This document shows, piece after piece, positions 51,379 through 61,454 of a DNA stretch of 64,000 nucleotides. Numbering within the stretch: position 1 is the first letter of the stretch; every line of letters begins with the position of its first letter. The position numbers were made by a program, and so were the translations under genes. Source of the stretch: Acholeplasmataceae bacterium (lineage in GTDB: Bacteria; Bacillota_I; Bacilli_A; Acholeplasmatales; Acholeplasmataceae); the NCBI GenBank assembly GCA_963667565.1, contig OY763415.1:320001-384000 (forward strand), written 5' to 3'. The notes below the pieces were generated by a model that ran no database searches, was not told the DNA's origin, and saw only the letters and a program-made list of their open reading frames with translations.

Positions 51379-51873
51379 ATGAAAATATTTTTAATAGGGA
51401 TGCCAGGATCTGGAAAAACAACGATAGCACTAAAACTAGCTCAAGCACTTGATTATCGTTATGTTGATCTAGATGGTATGGTCGAAAAAAAAGCACTCAT
51501 GTTCATTGAAGAAATCTTTGAGCGCTACGGTGAAAAAACATTTAGAGATCTTGAGAGTGAAGCTCTCATCAACTTAGAACATGATGATCATGTTGTCGTT
51601 GCTTGTGGTGGAGGTATCGTCACTAAAAAATCAAATAAAGCATTAATGAATGGTCTTAAAATCTATTTAGATACTGATATTGAAATCATTTCAAAAAGAT
51701 TGGAAACAGATTATCAACGACCACTCTTAAAAGAAAAAACACTTGAACAATTGTTTGATGAAAGATATTTAAAATACCAAGATTTTGCTGATGCGGTAGT
51801 ATCTAATAATTATGATATTGACCAAACCGTTAAAGTATTATTAAATTATATAAAGAATGAGGAATACAAATGA
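51379..51873 (+). CDS. aroK: shikimate kinase
   Basis: GMPGSGKTT, GEKTFRDLE, GGGIV, RPLL. Confidence 0.93.
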   Translation: MKIFLIGMPGSGKTTIALKLAQALDYRYVDLDGMVEKKALMFIEEIFERYGEKTFRDLESEALINLEHDDHVVVACGGGIVTKKSNKALMNGLKIYLDTDIEIISKRLETDYQRPLLKEKTLEQLFDERYLKYQDFADAVVSNNYDIDQTVKVLLNYIKNEEYK

Positions 51874-52298
51874 ACTTATTAGTCATCCATGGACCTAATT
51901 TAAATATGTTAGGTTACAGAAAAGAAGAACATTATGGAAGAATGACACTTGAAGATTTATATGATACTTTAACTGATGAATTTCCATCCATTGAATTTAC
52001 TTTTTTTCAAAGTAACTATGAAGGTGAAATTATTGAAGTATTACAAGATACCTTTAATACACCATATGATGCTGTCTTAATTAACCCAGGTGCTTATACA
52101 CATACATCCATTGCAATAAGAGATGCACTTGAGATTGTAAAAATTCCTAAAGTTGAAGTTCATTTATCTGATATTGATAACAGAGAAGACTTTAGAAAAA
52201 TTGATTATATCAAAGATGTTGTATCCAAACGTTTTATGGGACATCAAATCGATAGTTATATTCAAGCAATTGCATACATTCTTGATATAGTTGCTTAA
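51870..52298 (+). CDS. aroQ: type II 3-dehydroquinate dehydratase
   Basis: HGPNLNMLG, QSNYEG, NPGAYTHTS, EVHLS, REDFR. Confidence 0.95.
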   Translation: MNLLVIHGPNLNMLGYRKEEHYGRMTLEDLYDTLTDEFPSIEFTFFQSNYEGEIIEVLQDTFNTPYDAVLINPGAYTHTSIAIRDALEIVKIPKVEVHLSDIDNREDFRKIDYIKDVVSKRFMGHQIDSYIQAIAYILDIVA

Positions 52299-52352
52299 AA
52301 GATAAATTTCGTGTATAATAAACGCGGAAAAAAAGATGAGGAGATTTATAAG

Positions 52353-52916
52353 ATGATTAGTACAAACGAATTTAAAACTGGACAAACGATAAGTTTTGAT
52401 GGTAATATCTTTCAAGTCATCGAATTTATGCATGTTAAACCTGGAAAAGGTAGTGCGTTCGTTAGAACGAAACTAAGAAATTTAAGAAGCGGTGCCGTTA
52501 TTGATTATACATTTAATGCAGGAACAAAAGTAGAACGCGCACAAATCGATAAACTTTCTATGCAATACTTATACGCAAATGGTGATATGCATGTGTTCAT
52601 GAATAATGAATCATATGAACAAATTGAAATACCACAAGCTCAAATTGAGAACGAATTAAAATTCATTTATGAAAGTATGAATGTTGATGTCATGTTTTAT
52701 GATGGTAAAGAGATTTTAGGTGTTAACTTACCTGATAAAGTCACTTTAGAGGTTGTTGAAACTGTTCCTGGTGTAAAAGGCGACACAAAAACAAATGCTT
52801 TAAAAGATGCGATTATGCAAACTGGATTACTTGTTAAAGTTCCAATGTTCATTGAACAAGGTGAAAAAATCATCGTTAATACGAATGATGGTGCATACGT
52901 TTCAAGAGATAAATAA
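52353..52916 (+). CDS. efp: translation elongation factor P
   Basis: [27 protein letters not shown] at 52353 after GAGGAG. Confidence 0.97.
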   Translation: MISTNEFKTGQTISFDGNIFQVIEFMHVKPGKGSAFVRTKLRNLRSGAVIDYTFNAGTKVERAQIDKLSMQYLYANGDMHVFMNNESYEQIEIPQAQIENELKFIYESMNVDVMFYDGKEILGVNLPDKVTLEVVETVPGVKGDTKTNALKDAIMQTGLLVKVPMFIEQGEKIIVNTNDGAYVSRDK

Positions 52917-52919
52917 GAT

Positions 52920-52946
52920 AAAGCACTCTGTGAGAGTGCTTTTTTT
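52920..52946. terminator. bidirectional terminator
   Basis: AAAGCACTCT-GTG-AGAGTGCTTT. Confidence 0.82.
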
Positions 52947-53688
52947 ATATATCGATGTTAATTGTAAATCCGAAATGTGAAGAAGTAACCACTTCTGCAT
53001 AACTGAAGAGTTCACCTAAGTCATCATAGTAATGATAAGATGTGAAATAAGAAGCAGTGCCTTCAAGCTCACCTAAGATACGTGCATCTTCTTTACTTAA
53101 ATTAATAATTTTAATGCGTCTTGTGGAGTTTGAATTTTCTAATTTAAAATATGTTTTATAAAAAGGAATAAAGAGCATATCATCTTTAAAGATATCTTTG
53201 AAATTAGGTATTCTTGTAAGTGATAAATACGTAGATGAAATAAAAATGGGTAATTGATCAACGTAAAATACGCGTTTAATTTCATAAATCTTTTCAGATG
53301 GATGATATTTTGATTTTTCAAAAAACTCAGGTTTAGGTTTGATTTCCTTTGCAGAGATGAGCGCATGATGTGCTTCTTTTTGAGTTTTTGAAATACTATC
53401 AAATAGTGATTCACTTAATGAAAATATATCATGATTGACCTGAAAATATGAAACTACGTATTGAAGTTCTATCTTTTTAATAAAATGATTATCAATTAAA
53501 ATTTGATATGCATTTAAAACTTCAAATGGATCAATACCTAAATGGTGTGCAAGTAATTGTGGTTCTGGTAAGATGGTATTATCTCGAAGTTCACCTGATG
53601 TGATTAAATCATATAGTGACATAGAAATTTGATCATATATAGGACTATTTGACCGTTTATCAATTTTGATATTATCCATGAGATTCAT
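52945..53688 (-). CDS. GntR-family regulator with UTRA-like domain (divergent HTH)
   Basis: PIYDQI...LPEP..LA..LGI....V..AY..L; C-terminal UTRA-like region. Confidence 0.78.
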   Translation of the reverse strand: MNLMDNIKIDKRSNSPIYDQISMSLYDLITSGELRDNTILPEPQLLAHHLGIDPFEVLNAYQILIDNHFIKKIELQYVVSYFQVNHDIFSLSESLFDSISKTQKEAHHALISAKEIKPKPEFFEKSKYHPSEKIYEIKRVFYVDQLPIFISSTYLSLTRIPNFKDIFKDDMLFIPFYKTYFKLENSNSTRRIKIINLSKEDARILGELEGTASYFTSYHYYDDLGELFSYAEVVTSSHFGFTINIDI

Positions 53689-54410
53689 TAATAACCCACC
53701 TCAAATTCTATAAGTTCAGATAAACCATAAGATAAAATAAAAGCCATGCTTTCACCTTTATCATTTAACACGACACTTCTTAAATAATGTGCAGGATTAC
53801 CTTTGACTGAATCTAGAAGTAGTGCCAAATCATGATTAATGTTGATGGCTCTATAAGACTGAGATAAAGACTTGGGATCAAGTTTATAGCGTTTGACAAT
53901 TAAATCAAAAACTGATAGATGTTTAATATCTACCTTTTGGACATTAGGAAAAAATATTTCTGGTAACAATAACACTTCATAGAAAAGTGCTTGGTCATTG
54001 ATTGATGATATGATCTTTGCAATATAGACATAGTCTTCATCTTTGATATTTAGTAATCGATTGGCATTATGGTAATTAACTTTCTCAAAACTAAGTACTG
54101 TACGTTTAGATTGCATTAAAAAAGTCGTGATACCTATGATACCTTTAGATAAATCAATCACGTAAGGTTTAGTCGTATTCACATAGGTCCCTTTGCCTCT
54201 AATGCGTAAAACCAAATCCTTTTTTACCAGATCATCATAAGCTTTTTTTACAACAATATTACTGACTTCATAAATAGAACAAATTGATTTTTCTGTAGGT
54301 AGTTGCATACCATGCTTTAAAACACCAAGATTGATATGGTGTCTAATTGAATCTGAGATTTGAATGTATAAAGGTATTTTTGATGTTTTATCAATAATTA
54401 TATAGTCCAT
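53688..54410 (-). CDS. GntR-family (HutC/UTRA) transcriptional regulator
   Basis: PLYIQI, LPTEK, VVKKAYDDL, RGKGTYV; ATG at 54410 after GGAG. Confidence 0.88.
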   Translation of the reverse strand: MDYIIIDKTSKIPLYIQISDSIRHHINLGVLKHGMQLPTEKSICSIYEVSNIVVKKAYDDLVKKDLVLRIRGKGTYVNTTKPYVIDLSKGIIGITTFLMQSKRTVLSFEKVNYHNANRLLNIKDEDYVYIAKIISSINDQALFYEVLLLPEIFFPNVQKVDIKHLSVFDLIVKRYKLDPKSLSQSYRAININHDLALLLDSVKGNPAHYLRSVVLNDKGESMAFILSYGLSELIEFEVGY

Positions 54411-54485
54411 AATCCACTCCAATCTTATTATATCAAAAAAGGCGTAAAGATTTATCTTTATTTAAGAATATATGTTAATTCTTTA

Positions 54486-54494
54486 TGCTATAAT
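54486..54494 (+). promoter_or_regulatory. extended -10 promoter of rluB
   Basis: TGCTATAAT upstream of GGTGA SD. Confidence 0.55.
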
Positions 54495-54510
54495 ATGTAT
54501 GGTGATAATT

Positions 54511-55242
54511 ATGGAACGTTTACAAAAAATATTAGCAAATGCAAACATCGCATCCAGACGAAAATCAGAAGAAATGATTTTAGAGGGACGCGTATCTGTC
54601 AATGGAGAAATCGTTAAAACTTTAGGATTTAAAGTTGCTAAAAACGATGAAATTTTGGTGGATGGTAAAGTCATTAATCAAAGTCAAAAAGTGTATTATT
54701 TACTTAATAAACCTACAGGTTATTTGTCAACAGCAAATGATGATAAGGGTAGAAAAACAGTCATTGATCTATTAAAAGAACACGATAAAGATAAGAGAGT
54801 CTATCCAGTTGGTAGACTCGATTATGATTCTGCTGGACTCATATTATTGACTAATGATGGTGATTTGACCTATCGACTCACACATCCTAAACATGAAATT
54901 GAAAAAGAATATTTGGTTAGGGTAAAAGGGATTGTTATTAGAAAAGAAGTCGTTCAGCTTAGAAAAGGATTAAAGATTGATGGCGTACTCATGCGTCCTA
55001 AATTTGTAAGACTTATTGAACTTGATAAATCAAATCAATCATCGCTTTTAGCGATTGTTTTAACTGAAGGTAGAAATAGAGAGATTAGAAAATTATTTGA
55101 AGCACTTAATCATGAGGTTAAGAATTTAACAAGAGTTCGCTATGATTTTTTAACTTTAGCAGGTGTTGAAAGAGGCGCTTATCGTGAATTAAAGATCCAC
55201 GAAGTTAAGCAATTATATGGTCATACATTAACAAAATCATGA
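54511..55242 (+). CDS. rluB: RsuA/RluB-family pseudouridine synthase
   Basis: MERLQK S4 domain, NKP, VGRLDYD, EGRNREIR. Confidence 0.9.
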   Translation: MERLQKILANANIASRRKSEEMILEGRVSVNGEIVKTLGFKVAKNDEILVDGKVINQSQKVYYLLNKPTGYLSTANDDKGRKTVIDLLKEHDKDKRVYPVGRLDYDSAGLILLTNDGDLTYRLTHPKHEIEKEYLVRVKGIVIRKEVVQLRKGLKIDGVLMRPKFVRLIELDKSNQSSLLAIVLTEGRNREIRKLFEALNHEVKNLTRVRYDFLTLAGVERGAYRELKIHEVKQLYGHTLTKS

Positions 55243-55300
55243 TAAACGCGCTTTGAAAATTTGAAATCTATGTTATAATTAATATGTATGGAGGAATCTC

Positions 55301-56005
55301 ATGTCTGGATTTAAATTAGCAATAGATGGACCGGCAGGATCAGGCAAATCAACGATAAGTAAACTTATCGCTGAAAGACTTGGATGGACACATATTGATA
55401 CGGGGGCAATGTATCGAGCAGTCACATTAGAAGCTATAGAGCTTGGTATCGATCTCGAACAAGAATCTTCGTATCTTTTTTTAGAATCTATCTATATTCA
55501 TTACGATAATAATAAAATTTTTATTAATGATAGAGATGTCACAGAAGATATCAGAAAAAATAAAGTCACAAATAATGTCTCATTAGTTTCAAGTTTTCCA
55601 TATGTCAGAAAAAAGATGGTCGAATTACAAAAAAATGCTGCTAAAAAAGGTAACATCATCATGGATGGTAGAGATATCGGAACAGTTGTATTACCAAATG
55701 CAGATTTAAAAATCTTTTTAACAGCACACTTAGAAGAACGTGCGAAAAGAAGATATAAAGAAACAATTACAAAAGGTAAACAAGCAAACATCAATCAGCT
55801 TATTGAAGATATTGAAACAAGAGATATCAAAGATTCTACAAGAAAAGAATCACCACTTAGAAAAGCTGATGATGCGATTGAACTTGATACAACAGATTTA
55901 AACATTGATCAAGTTGTTGAAGTAATCATTTCAAAAATACCAAAACAATACTCAAAACTAGATGATCTAGTAAACATAGAGTTAACTGCAAAAAAGGAGA
56001 TTTAA
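55301..56005 (+). CDS. cmk: cytidylate kinase
   Basis: IDGPAGSGKST, DTGAMYR, MDGRDIGT. Confidence 0.97.
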   Translation: MSGFKLAIDGPAGSGKSTISKLIAERLGWTHIDTGAMYRAVTLEAIELGIDLEQESSYLFLESIYIHYDNNKIFINDRDVTEDIRKNKVTNNVSLVSSFPYVRKKMVELQKNAAKKGNIIMDGRDIGTVVLPNADLKIFLTAHLEERAKRRYKETITKGKQANINQLIEDIETRDIKDSTRKESPLRKADDAIELDTTDLNIDQVVEVIISKIPKQYSKLDDLVNIELTAKKEI

Positions 56006-56006
56006 C

Positions 56007-57398
56007 ATGGAGATTAAAGTATTGAAGGTAGGCCAAGTTGTAGATGGTACTATCGTCAAAATTGAAGAAAACACAATATATTTGGATGTACAATATATAA
56101 CAGAGGGTAAGATACATCTAGATAACTATGACAAACCAGCACCACATTCTTTTGTAGGATTAGTTAAAATGGGTGATGTTGTCAAAGCTAAAGTACAAAA
56201 AATTACAGATGACCCTGCTCAAATCTTATTATCTCGTTTGCCATTATTACTTCAAGAAAAATTTGAAGATGTGCAAGCATTAGTTGAATCAAAAGAAGTT
56301 GTAAAAGCGAAAGTTAAACAAGTCATTGAAAAAGGGCTTATTTTATCATACTTAGGACAAGAAATTTTCTTACCTTATAGTTTATTAGATTTTGATTTAG
56401 TCAATCAAAAAGAAAGCTTAAAAGGTAAAACATTAGAAGTCCAAATTATCGAAGCGACTCAAAAAGGTCGTTCAAAAAGAATTGTAGCTTCTAGAAAAGA
56501 AATCTTCGAGAAAGCAAGACAAGAAGCGTATGAACAAAGATTAGAAGCAAGACAAGGTGAATTAGAAAACATTAATACAGGAGATGTATTAACTGGTAAA
56601 GTCGACAAAATTGAGAAACATGCTGCAACCATTCGTTTTGAACATGTTGTCGGGCTTCTTAGAATTTCTCAAGTATCACATCACCGTATTGATAAAATTG
56701 ATGACGTACTTGAAGTAGGACAAGAAGTTTCTGTTAAAGTCATTAAAAAGGAAGGTAATCGTTTAGATTTATCTATGAAAGCACTTCTTAAAACACCATA
56801 TGAATTATTCTATGATGAACATAAAGTAGGCGATACTGTTAAAGGTGTTGTTAATCAAAAATTACCATTTGGTATTATTATTGAAGTTGCTAAAGATGTG
56901 AGAGGATTACTTCACAAAAATGAATTTTCTTGGAATCCAAATGATAACTTTGATAATGTTGTTAAAATTGGTGATGAAGTAACTTTAGGTATCATCTCAT
57001 TAGACGCTAAAAAAGAAAGAATCGCTTTATCAAGAAAGATATTAGAAGACAATCCTTGGAAAGATGTTAATGTTAAACGTGGACAAGTCATTAAAGCTAA
57101 GGTTGCTGAAGTATCTCATGAAGGTATTAAAGTAGAAGTCCAAGGTGTTCTTGGAGAAATTCCTTTAGGTGAATTATCAAATGAACATATTGGGAAACCT
57201 GAAGATTATTTTGCAGTTGGTGATGAAGTAGAAGCAATCGTTACGGATGCAAGAACAGATCTTTGGATCTTAAAATTATCTATCAAACGTGTCCTTGAAA
57301 TTCAAGAACGCGCATCATATGAAAAATATTTAGAATCAGATTCAGATAATGATAACGTGACTATCGGAGATTTATTCGAAGACGATTTAAAAAAATAG
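56007..57398 (+). CDS. rpsA: 30S ribosomal protein S1
   Basis: About five S1 repeats; between cmk and der; TIGDLF tail. Confidence 0.9.
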   Translation: MEIKVLKVGQVVDGTIVKIEENTIYLDVQYITEGKIHLDNYDKPAPHSFVGLVKMGDVVKAKVQKITDDPAQILLSRLPLLLQEKFEDVQALVESKEVVKAKVKQVIEKGLILSYLGQEIFLPYSLLDFDLVNQKESLKGKTLEVQIIEATQKGRSKRIVASRKEIFEKARQEAYEQRLEARQGELENINTGDVLTGKVDKIEKHAATIRFEHVVGLLRISQVSHHRIDKIDDVLEVGQEVSVKVIKKEGNRLDLSMKALLKTPYELFYDEHKVGDTVKGVVNQKLPFGIIIEVAKDVRGLLHKNEFSWNPNDNFDNVVKIGDEVTLGIISLDAKKERIALSRKILEDNPWKDVNVKRGQVIKAKVAEVSHEGIKVEVQGVLGEIPLGELSNEHIGKPEDYFAVGDEVEAIVTDARTDLWILKLSIKRVLEIQERASYEKYLESDSDNDNVTIGDLFEDDLKK

Positions 57399-57407
57399 GT
57401 GATGGTT

Positions 57408-58724
57408 ATGCCTTTTAAAGTAGCAATAGTCGGGCGCCCAAATGTTGGTAAATCTAGTCTTTTTAATCGCTTGGTAGGCGAAAGATATGCAATTACAGAT
57501 GACCAAGCTGGAATCACAAGAGATCGTATTTATGGACGTGCCGAATGGTTAACCAAAAACTTTAGGGTTATAGACACAGGTGGCATCGACATTGGCGATG
57601 CCCCTTTTTTAAACCAAATCAAAGCACAAGCGCAAGTCGCGATGGATGAAGCAGATGCCATCATTTTTGTCGTTGATGGCAAAACAGGATTAACCGATGC
57701 TGATTATTATATTGCAAAAATGTTATATCAAGCAGATAAACCGATTATTTTAGTAGTTAATAAAATTGACGATGTTAATCAAATGCAAAATGTTTATGAA
57801 TTTTATGCTTTAGGTTTTGGTGATCCCATTGGTATATCTGCACATCATGGTCTTGGAACTGGTGATTTGGCAGATAAAATTATCGAGTATTTTACTGAAG
57901 ATGATGTCGATTATGATGAAGATACCATCAATTTTTGTATTGTTGGTCGACCTAATGTTGGTAAATCTTCACTAACGAATGCTATCTTAGGTGAAGAGCG
58001 AGTCATTGTATCTGAAATATCAGGAACAACTAGAGATGCCATTGATACACCTTTTAAAAAAGATCGTCAAAATTATGTCGTTATTGATACAGCAGGTATC
58101 AATAAGCGTGGTCGTATTTATGAAGATGCAGATAAATATAGTTTACTTAGAGCGATTGCTGGATTAGAGCGAAGTGATGTAGCATTATTAGTTATTGATG
58201 GTTCTGAGGGTATTATTGAACAAGATAAACATGTCGCTGGATATATTATGGATGCATCTAAAGCCGTTGTGATTGTAGTCAATAAATGGGATGCTGTAGA
58301 AAAAGATGAAAAAACCATGCGTAAAATGGAGAAATCGATTAAAGAAGAATTTAAGTTTCTAGATTACGCAGAAATTGTATTTTTATCTGCAAAAGAACGA
58401 AACCGTGTTCAAACCATTTTCCCGGCACTTAATTTAGCGTATGAAAATTATCATAAACGAATAGAAACAAGAATATTAAATGAGTTATTAACAGATTCAG
58501 TCATGATGAATCCACCAGCAATTTTCAATCGTGGAAAAGCATCGTTTAACTATATGACGCAAGTCGCTGTTAAACCACCGACGTTTTTAATTTTTGTTAA
58601 TAATCCAGATTATATTCATTTCTCATATGAAAGATATTTAAAGAATCAATTTAGAGCAGCAATAGATTTTACAGGAACACCAATTAGATTTGTGTTTAGA
58701 AAGAAGGATAGCAATGAGATTTAG
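57408..58724 (+). CDS. der: ribosome biogenesis GTPase Der/EngA
   Basis: Two GRPNVGKSS P-loops, DTGG/DTAG, NKID/NKWD. Confidence 0.97.
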   Translation: MPFKVAIVGRPNVGKSSLFNRLVGERYAITDDQAGITRDRIYGRAEWLTKNFRVIDTGGIDIGDAPFLNQIKAQAQVAMDEADAIIFVVDGKTGLTDADYYIAKMLYQADKPIILVVNKIDDVNQMQNVYEFYALGFGDPIGISAHHGLGTGDLADKIIEYFTEDDVDYDEDTINFCIVGRPNVGKSSLTNAILGEERVIVSEISGTTRDAIDTPFKKDRQNYVVIDTAGINKRGRIYEDADKYSLLRAIAGLERSDVALLVIDGSEGIIEQDKHVAGYIMDASKAVVIVVNKWDAVEKDEKTMRKMEKSIKEEFKFLDYAEIVFLSAKERNRVQTIFPALNLAYENYHKRIETRILNELLTDSVMMNPPAIFNRGKASFNYMTQVAVKPPTFLIFVNNPDYIHFSYERYLKNQFRAAIDFTGTPIRFVFRKKDSNEI

Positions 58725-59709
58725 TATTATTGGTGGAGGCGCATGGGGGACAACACTTGGCCAAGTCTTAATCGATAATGGTCATGAAGTATTAATCTAT
58801 GATATCTTAGAAGAACATGTCAATAAAATCAATAAACATCTACATCCATTTTTTGATACAACATTACCTGAAAAACTTTTAGCAACCACTGATTTTGATG
58901 AAGTGCTTGCATTCTCAAATATATATATGTTAAGTGTCCCAACAAAAGTGATTAGACAAGTGCTTATAGATGTGAATAAGAAATTAACTCAAAAAAGTAT
59001 CTTTATTAATGTTTCAAAGGGGATTGAACCTGGTACTTCAAAAAGAGTCAGTGAAATCGTAAGTGAAGTCATTGATCCAAAATATAATGATGGTTTTGTT
59101 GTTTTAACTGGTCCTTCACATGCTGAAGAAGTGATCTTAAGAAAATTAACATTACTTGTTACATCAAGTAACAAAGAACACTTAGCTAAAGAGATGCAAC
59201 AAGTCTTTTCAAATGATCAGTATTTAAGAGTATACACATCAAACGATCTTATTGGTTGTGAAGTTGGTGGTGCTGTTAAAAATGCTATCGCAGTCATCTC
59301 AGGTGCTTGTGCAGGTCTTGGATTGGGCGAAAATGCAAGAGCAGCAGTCATTACAAGAGGTATTGTAGAAATTGTTAGAGTCGTTGAAGTGATGGGTGGA
59401 AATAAAGAAACAGCATTTGGACTCACAGGTGTTGGTGACTTAATTGTGACAGCTTCATCAGAAAACTCGAGAAACTTTACTGCAGGAAAAAAATTAGGTC
59501 AAGGATTCTCACTTGAACAAATTTATAAAGAACAAAAACAAACGATTGAAGGTATTAGAACGATTGAAGCGATGCATGATTTGGCAGTTAGTCATAAGAT
59601 TGAATTACCTATGATCCAAATCGCTTATGAGATCATTAACAATGGTATTTCAATGGATGAAGCAATCACAAGATTGCTCTCAAGAGAACTCAAAGCGGAA
59701 GATTTTTAA
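58714..59709 (+). CDS. gpsA: NAD(P)H glycerol-3-phosphate dehydrogenase
   Basis: GGGAWGT, SKGIE, GPSHAEEV, GDLIVT..SRN. Confidence 0.96.
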   Translation: MRFSIIGGGAWGTTLGQVLIDNGHEVLIYDILEEHVNKINKHLHPFFDTTLPEKLLATTDFDEVLAFSNIYMLSVPTKVIRQVLIDVNKKLTQKSIFINVSKGIEPGTSKRVSEIVSEVIDPKYNDGFVVLTGPSHAEEVILRKLTLLVTSSNKEHLAKEMQQVFSNDQYLRVYTSNDLIGCEVGGAVKNAIAVISGACAGLGLGENARAAVITRGIVEIVRVVEVMGGNKETAFGLTGVGDLIVTASSENSRNFTAGKKLGQGFSLEQIYKEQKQTIEGIRTIEAMHDLAVSHKIELPMIQIAYEIINNGISMDEAITRLLSRELKAEDF

Positions 59710-59804
59710 CATATTTGTCTTAATAAAGCGATTATAATTACTTTTTTATTTGCTTTTTAAGTGAAAAATTGATAAAATAAAATTACTTTAAGGAGGTTAA
59801 TGTT

Positions 59805-60080
59805 ATGAACAAAACTGAATTAGTTGCAGTTGTTGCTAACAGAGCAGGCGTTACACAAAAAGTTGCTGAAGAAGTCTTAGGCGCTTTTACAGACACAATC
59901 GCTGAAACATTAGGAAGAAGAGGCGAAAAAGTTGTCGTTACTGGATTTGGAACATTTGAAGTAAGAAATCGTGTTCAAAGAACTGGTAAAAACCCTCGCA
60001 CTGGAGAAGTAATCACTGTTCCAGCACAAAAGACACCAGCTTTCAGAGCAGGTAAATTACTCAAAGACGCAGTTAAATAA
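59805..60080 (+). CDS. hup: histone-like DNA-binding protein HU
   Basis: MNKTEL, GFGTF, GKNPRTGE, PAFRAGK. Confidence 0.97.
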   Translation: MNKTELVAVVANRAGVTQKVAEEVLGAFTDTIAETLGRRGEKVVVTGFGTFEVRNRVQRTGKNPRTGEVITVPAQKTPAFRAGKLLKDAVK

Positions 60081-60086
60081 AATGTA

Positions 60087-60122
60087 AAAAGTTGTCTATG
60101 AAAATGATAGGCAATTTTTTTT
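60087..60122 (+). terminator. intrinsic terminator
   Basis: AGTTGTCTAT...ATAGGCAATT followed by T-run. Confidence 0.7.
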
Positions 60123-60171
60123 GCAAAAAAAACCGAAAATAAGATAAAATAGGAGTATAGGTGGTGGTTGT

Positions 60172-61125
60172 ATGGATAATGTTTTCATGAAAGCTGCATC
60201 AAACGATCTAGAATTTGTTAAAAAGAATATGACACATTTAGAAATGGTCGATGAAAAACAAAAGAGTCTATTACACTATGCAGTAACAGGTAGTGCAATG
60301 GATGTTGTTTCATATTTACTTGATCTAAATATTTCAGTAAATTTAAAAGATCAATATGGAGAAACACCATTATTTGATTGTGTACGAAAAGGTAAACTTC
60401 ATCTTGCTAAATTACTTATCTCTAAATTTGCAAATGTTAATGTTGAAAATAGACAATTAGAAACACCGATGCATCTAGCGGCAGCTAAGGGTGAAATGGA
60501 CATGATTAAATTATTGATTGAATCAGGTGCATTTTTAAATAAAGAAACTCAAGAAGGTAAATTACCGATACATTACGCGATTTTAGCAGGTCAAACAGAC
60601 ATCATTGATTATTTACTCAAAGTAAGTAAACAGACTTATGAATTAAAAGATAATTATGGTCATACGCTCTTACATCATGCGACAAAGACTTCAAATATTA
60701 AAATGATAGAAAAATTATTAGAAGAAGGATTAGATCCTAATCAATTAAATGATTTGTTTGAAACACCAATATTTAATGCCATACGTTTTGGGACATTAGA
60801 CACAGTTAAATTACTCTTAAATTATGATGCTTATGTTGATGTTAAAAACCGAAGATATGAGACACCCATAGATATAGCTATGATTTTTAGTAAACATGAT
60901 ATCCTAGATTATTTAAATGAGTATATTCAAACACCTAAATATGAAGCACTTGTTAAAAAACAAGCATTAACCATTGCAGTACTAAATAGAGATCATATTT
61001 ACTTAAGAAAGTTAATTGAAAGACAAGTGCCCATGAAGAAAGATCGATTAAATAGAACAGCCATGGATTATGCTAAAATGTATCGATTAAATCTGTGTGT
61101 GAATATTTTAAGAGAAGTTGAATAG
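60172..61125 (+). CDS. ankyrin-repeat protein
   Basis: About 33-aa repeats with SLLHYA, ETPLF, ETPMHLAA, LPIHYA, TLLHHA, ETPIF, ETPID. Confidence 0.92.
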   Translation: MDNVFMKAASNDLEFVKKNMTHLEMVDEKQKSLLHYAVTGSAMDVVSYLLDLNISVNLKDQYGETPLFDCVRKGKLHLAKLLISKFANVNVENRQLETPMHLAAAKGEMDMIKLLIESGAFLNKETQEGKLPIHYAILAGQTDIIDYLLKVSKQTYELKDNYGHTLLHHATKTSNIKMIEKLLEEGLDPNQLNDLFETPIFNAIRFGTLDTVKLLLNYDAYVDVKNRRYETPIDIAMIFSKHDILDYLNEYIQTPKYEALVKKQALTIAVLNRDHIYLRKLIERQVPMKKDRLNRTAMDYAKMYRLNLCVNILREVE

Positions 61126-61130
61126 ATGAT

Positions 61131-61158
61131 AAAAGGTTAATATATTTAGCCTTTTTTT
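61131..61158 (+). terminator. intrinsic terminator
   Basis: AAAAGGTTAA-TATAT-TTAGCCTTTT followed by T-run. Confidence 0.7.
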
Positions 61159-61168
61159 ATTTTTTGTA

Positions 61169-61196
61169 AAAAATAGGACATATCCGCCCTGTTTTT
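61169..61196 (+). repeat. 28-bp direct repeat copy 1 (imperfect dyad, candidate activator box)
   Basis: AAAAATAGGACATATCCGCCCTGTTTTT, identical to 61787-61814; TAAAAT at 61213. Confidence 0.9.
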
Positions 61197-61251
61197 TATG
61201 ATATTTATCCATTAAAATTAAAGTATACTAAAAAATATTTGGAGGGGAAAC

Positions 61252-61436
61252 ATGAAAAAAATAATTATTTTAGGTGTAGTGATCATAAGTGTTATGTTTA
61301 TAATAATAAAACTAAAGCTACACTATATTTTAATATAAATGATGCTGATAATTATTCAACTTATATGATTATACTAAATAAATTAAAGCAAGAGCAAACA
61401 GGAGAAGTTATTGATTCAATTACTTTTGAACAGTGA
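61252..61436 (+). pseudogene. internally deleted/frameshifted paralog of the 61902 gene (in-frame product is a 28-aa hydrophobic peptide, 61252-61338)
   Basis: GGAGG SD + MKKIIILGVVIISV...; another frame encodes a 47-aa tail aligning ungapped (12 identities) to the C-terminus of 61902-62267. Confidence 0.7.
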
Positions 61437-61454
61437 TGAAAATAACATGATAAT

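Noticed and set aside
61239..61436. ORF-track 65-aa protein from a TTG start
   Set aside because: The TTG overlaps the GGAGG SD of the ATG at 61252; only its 3' part looks coding, as a pseudogene remnant.
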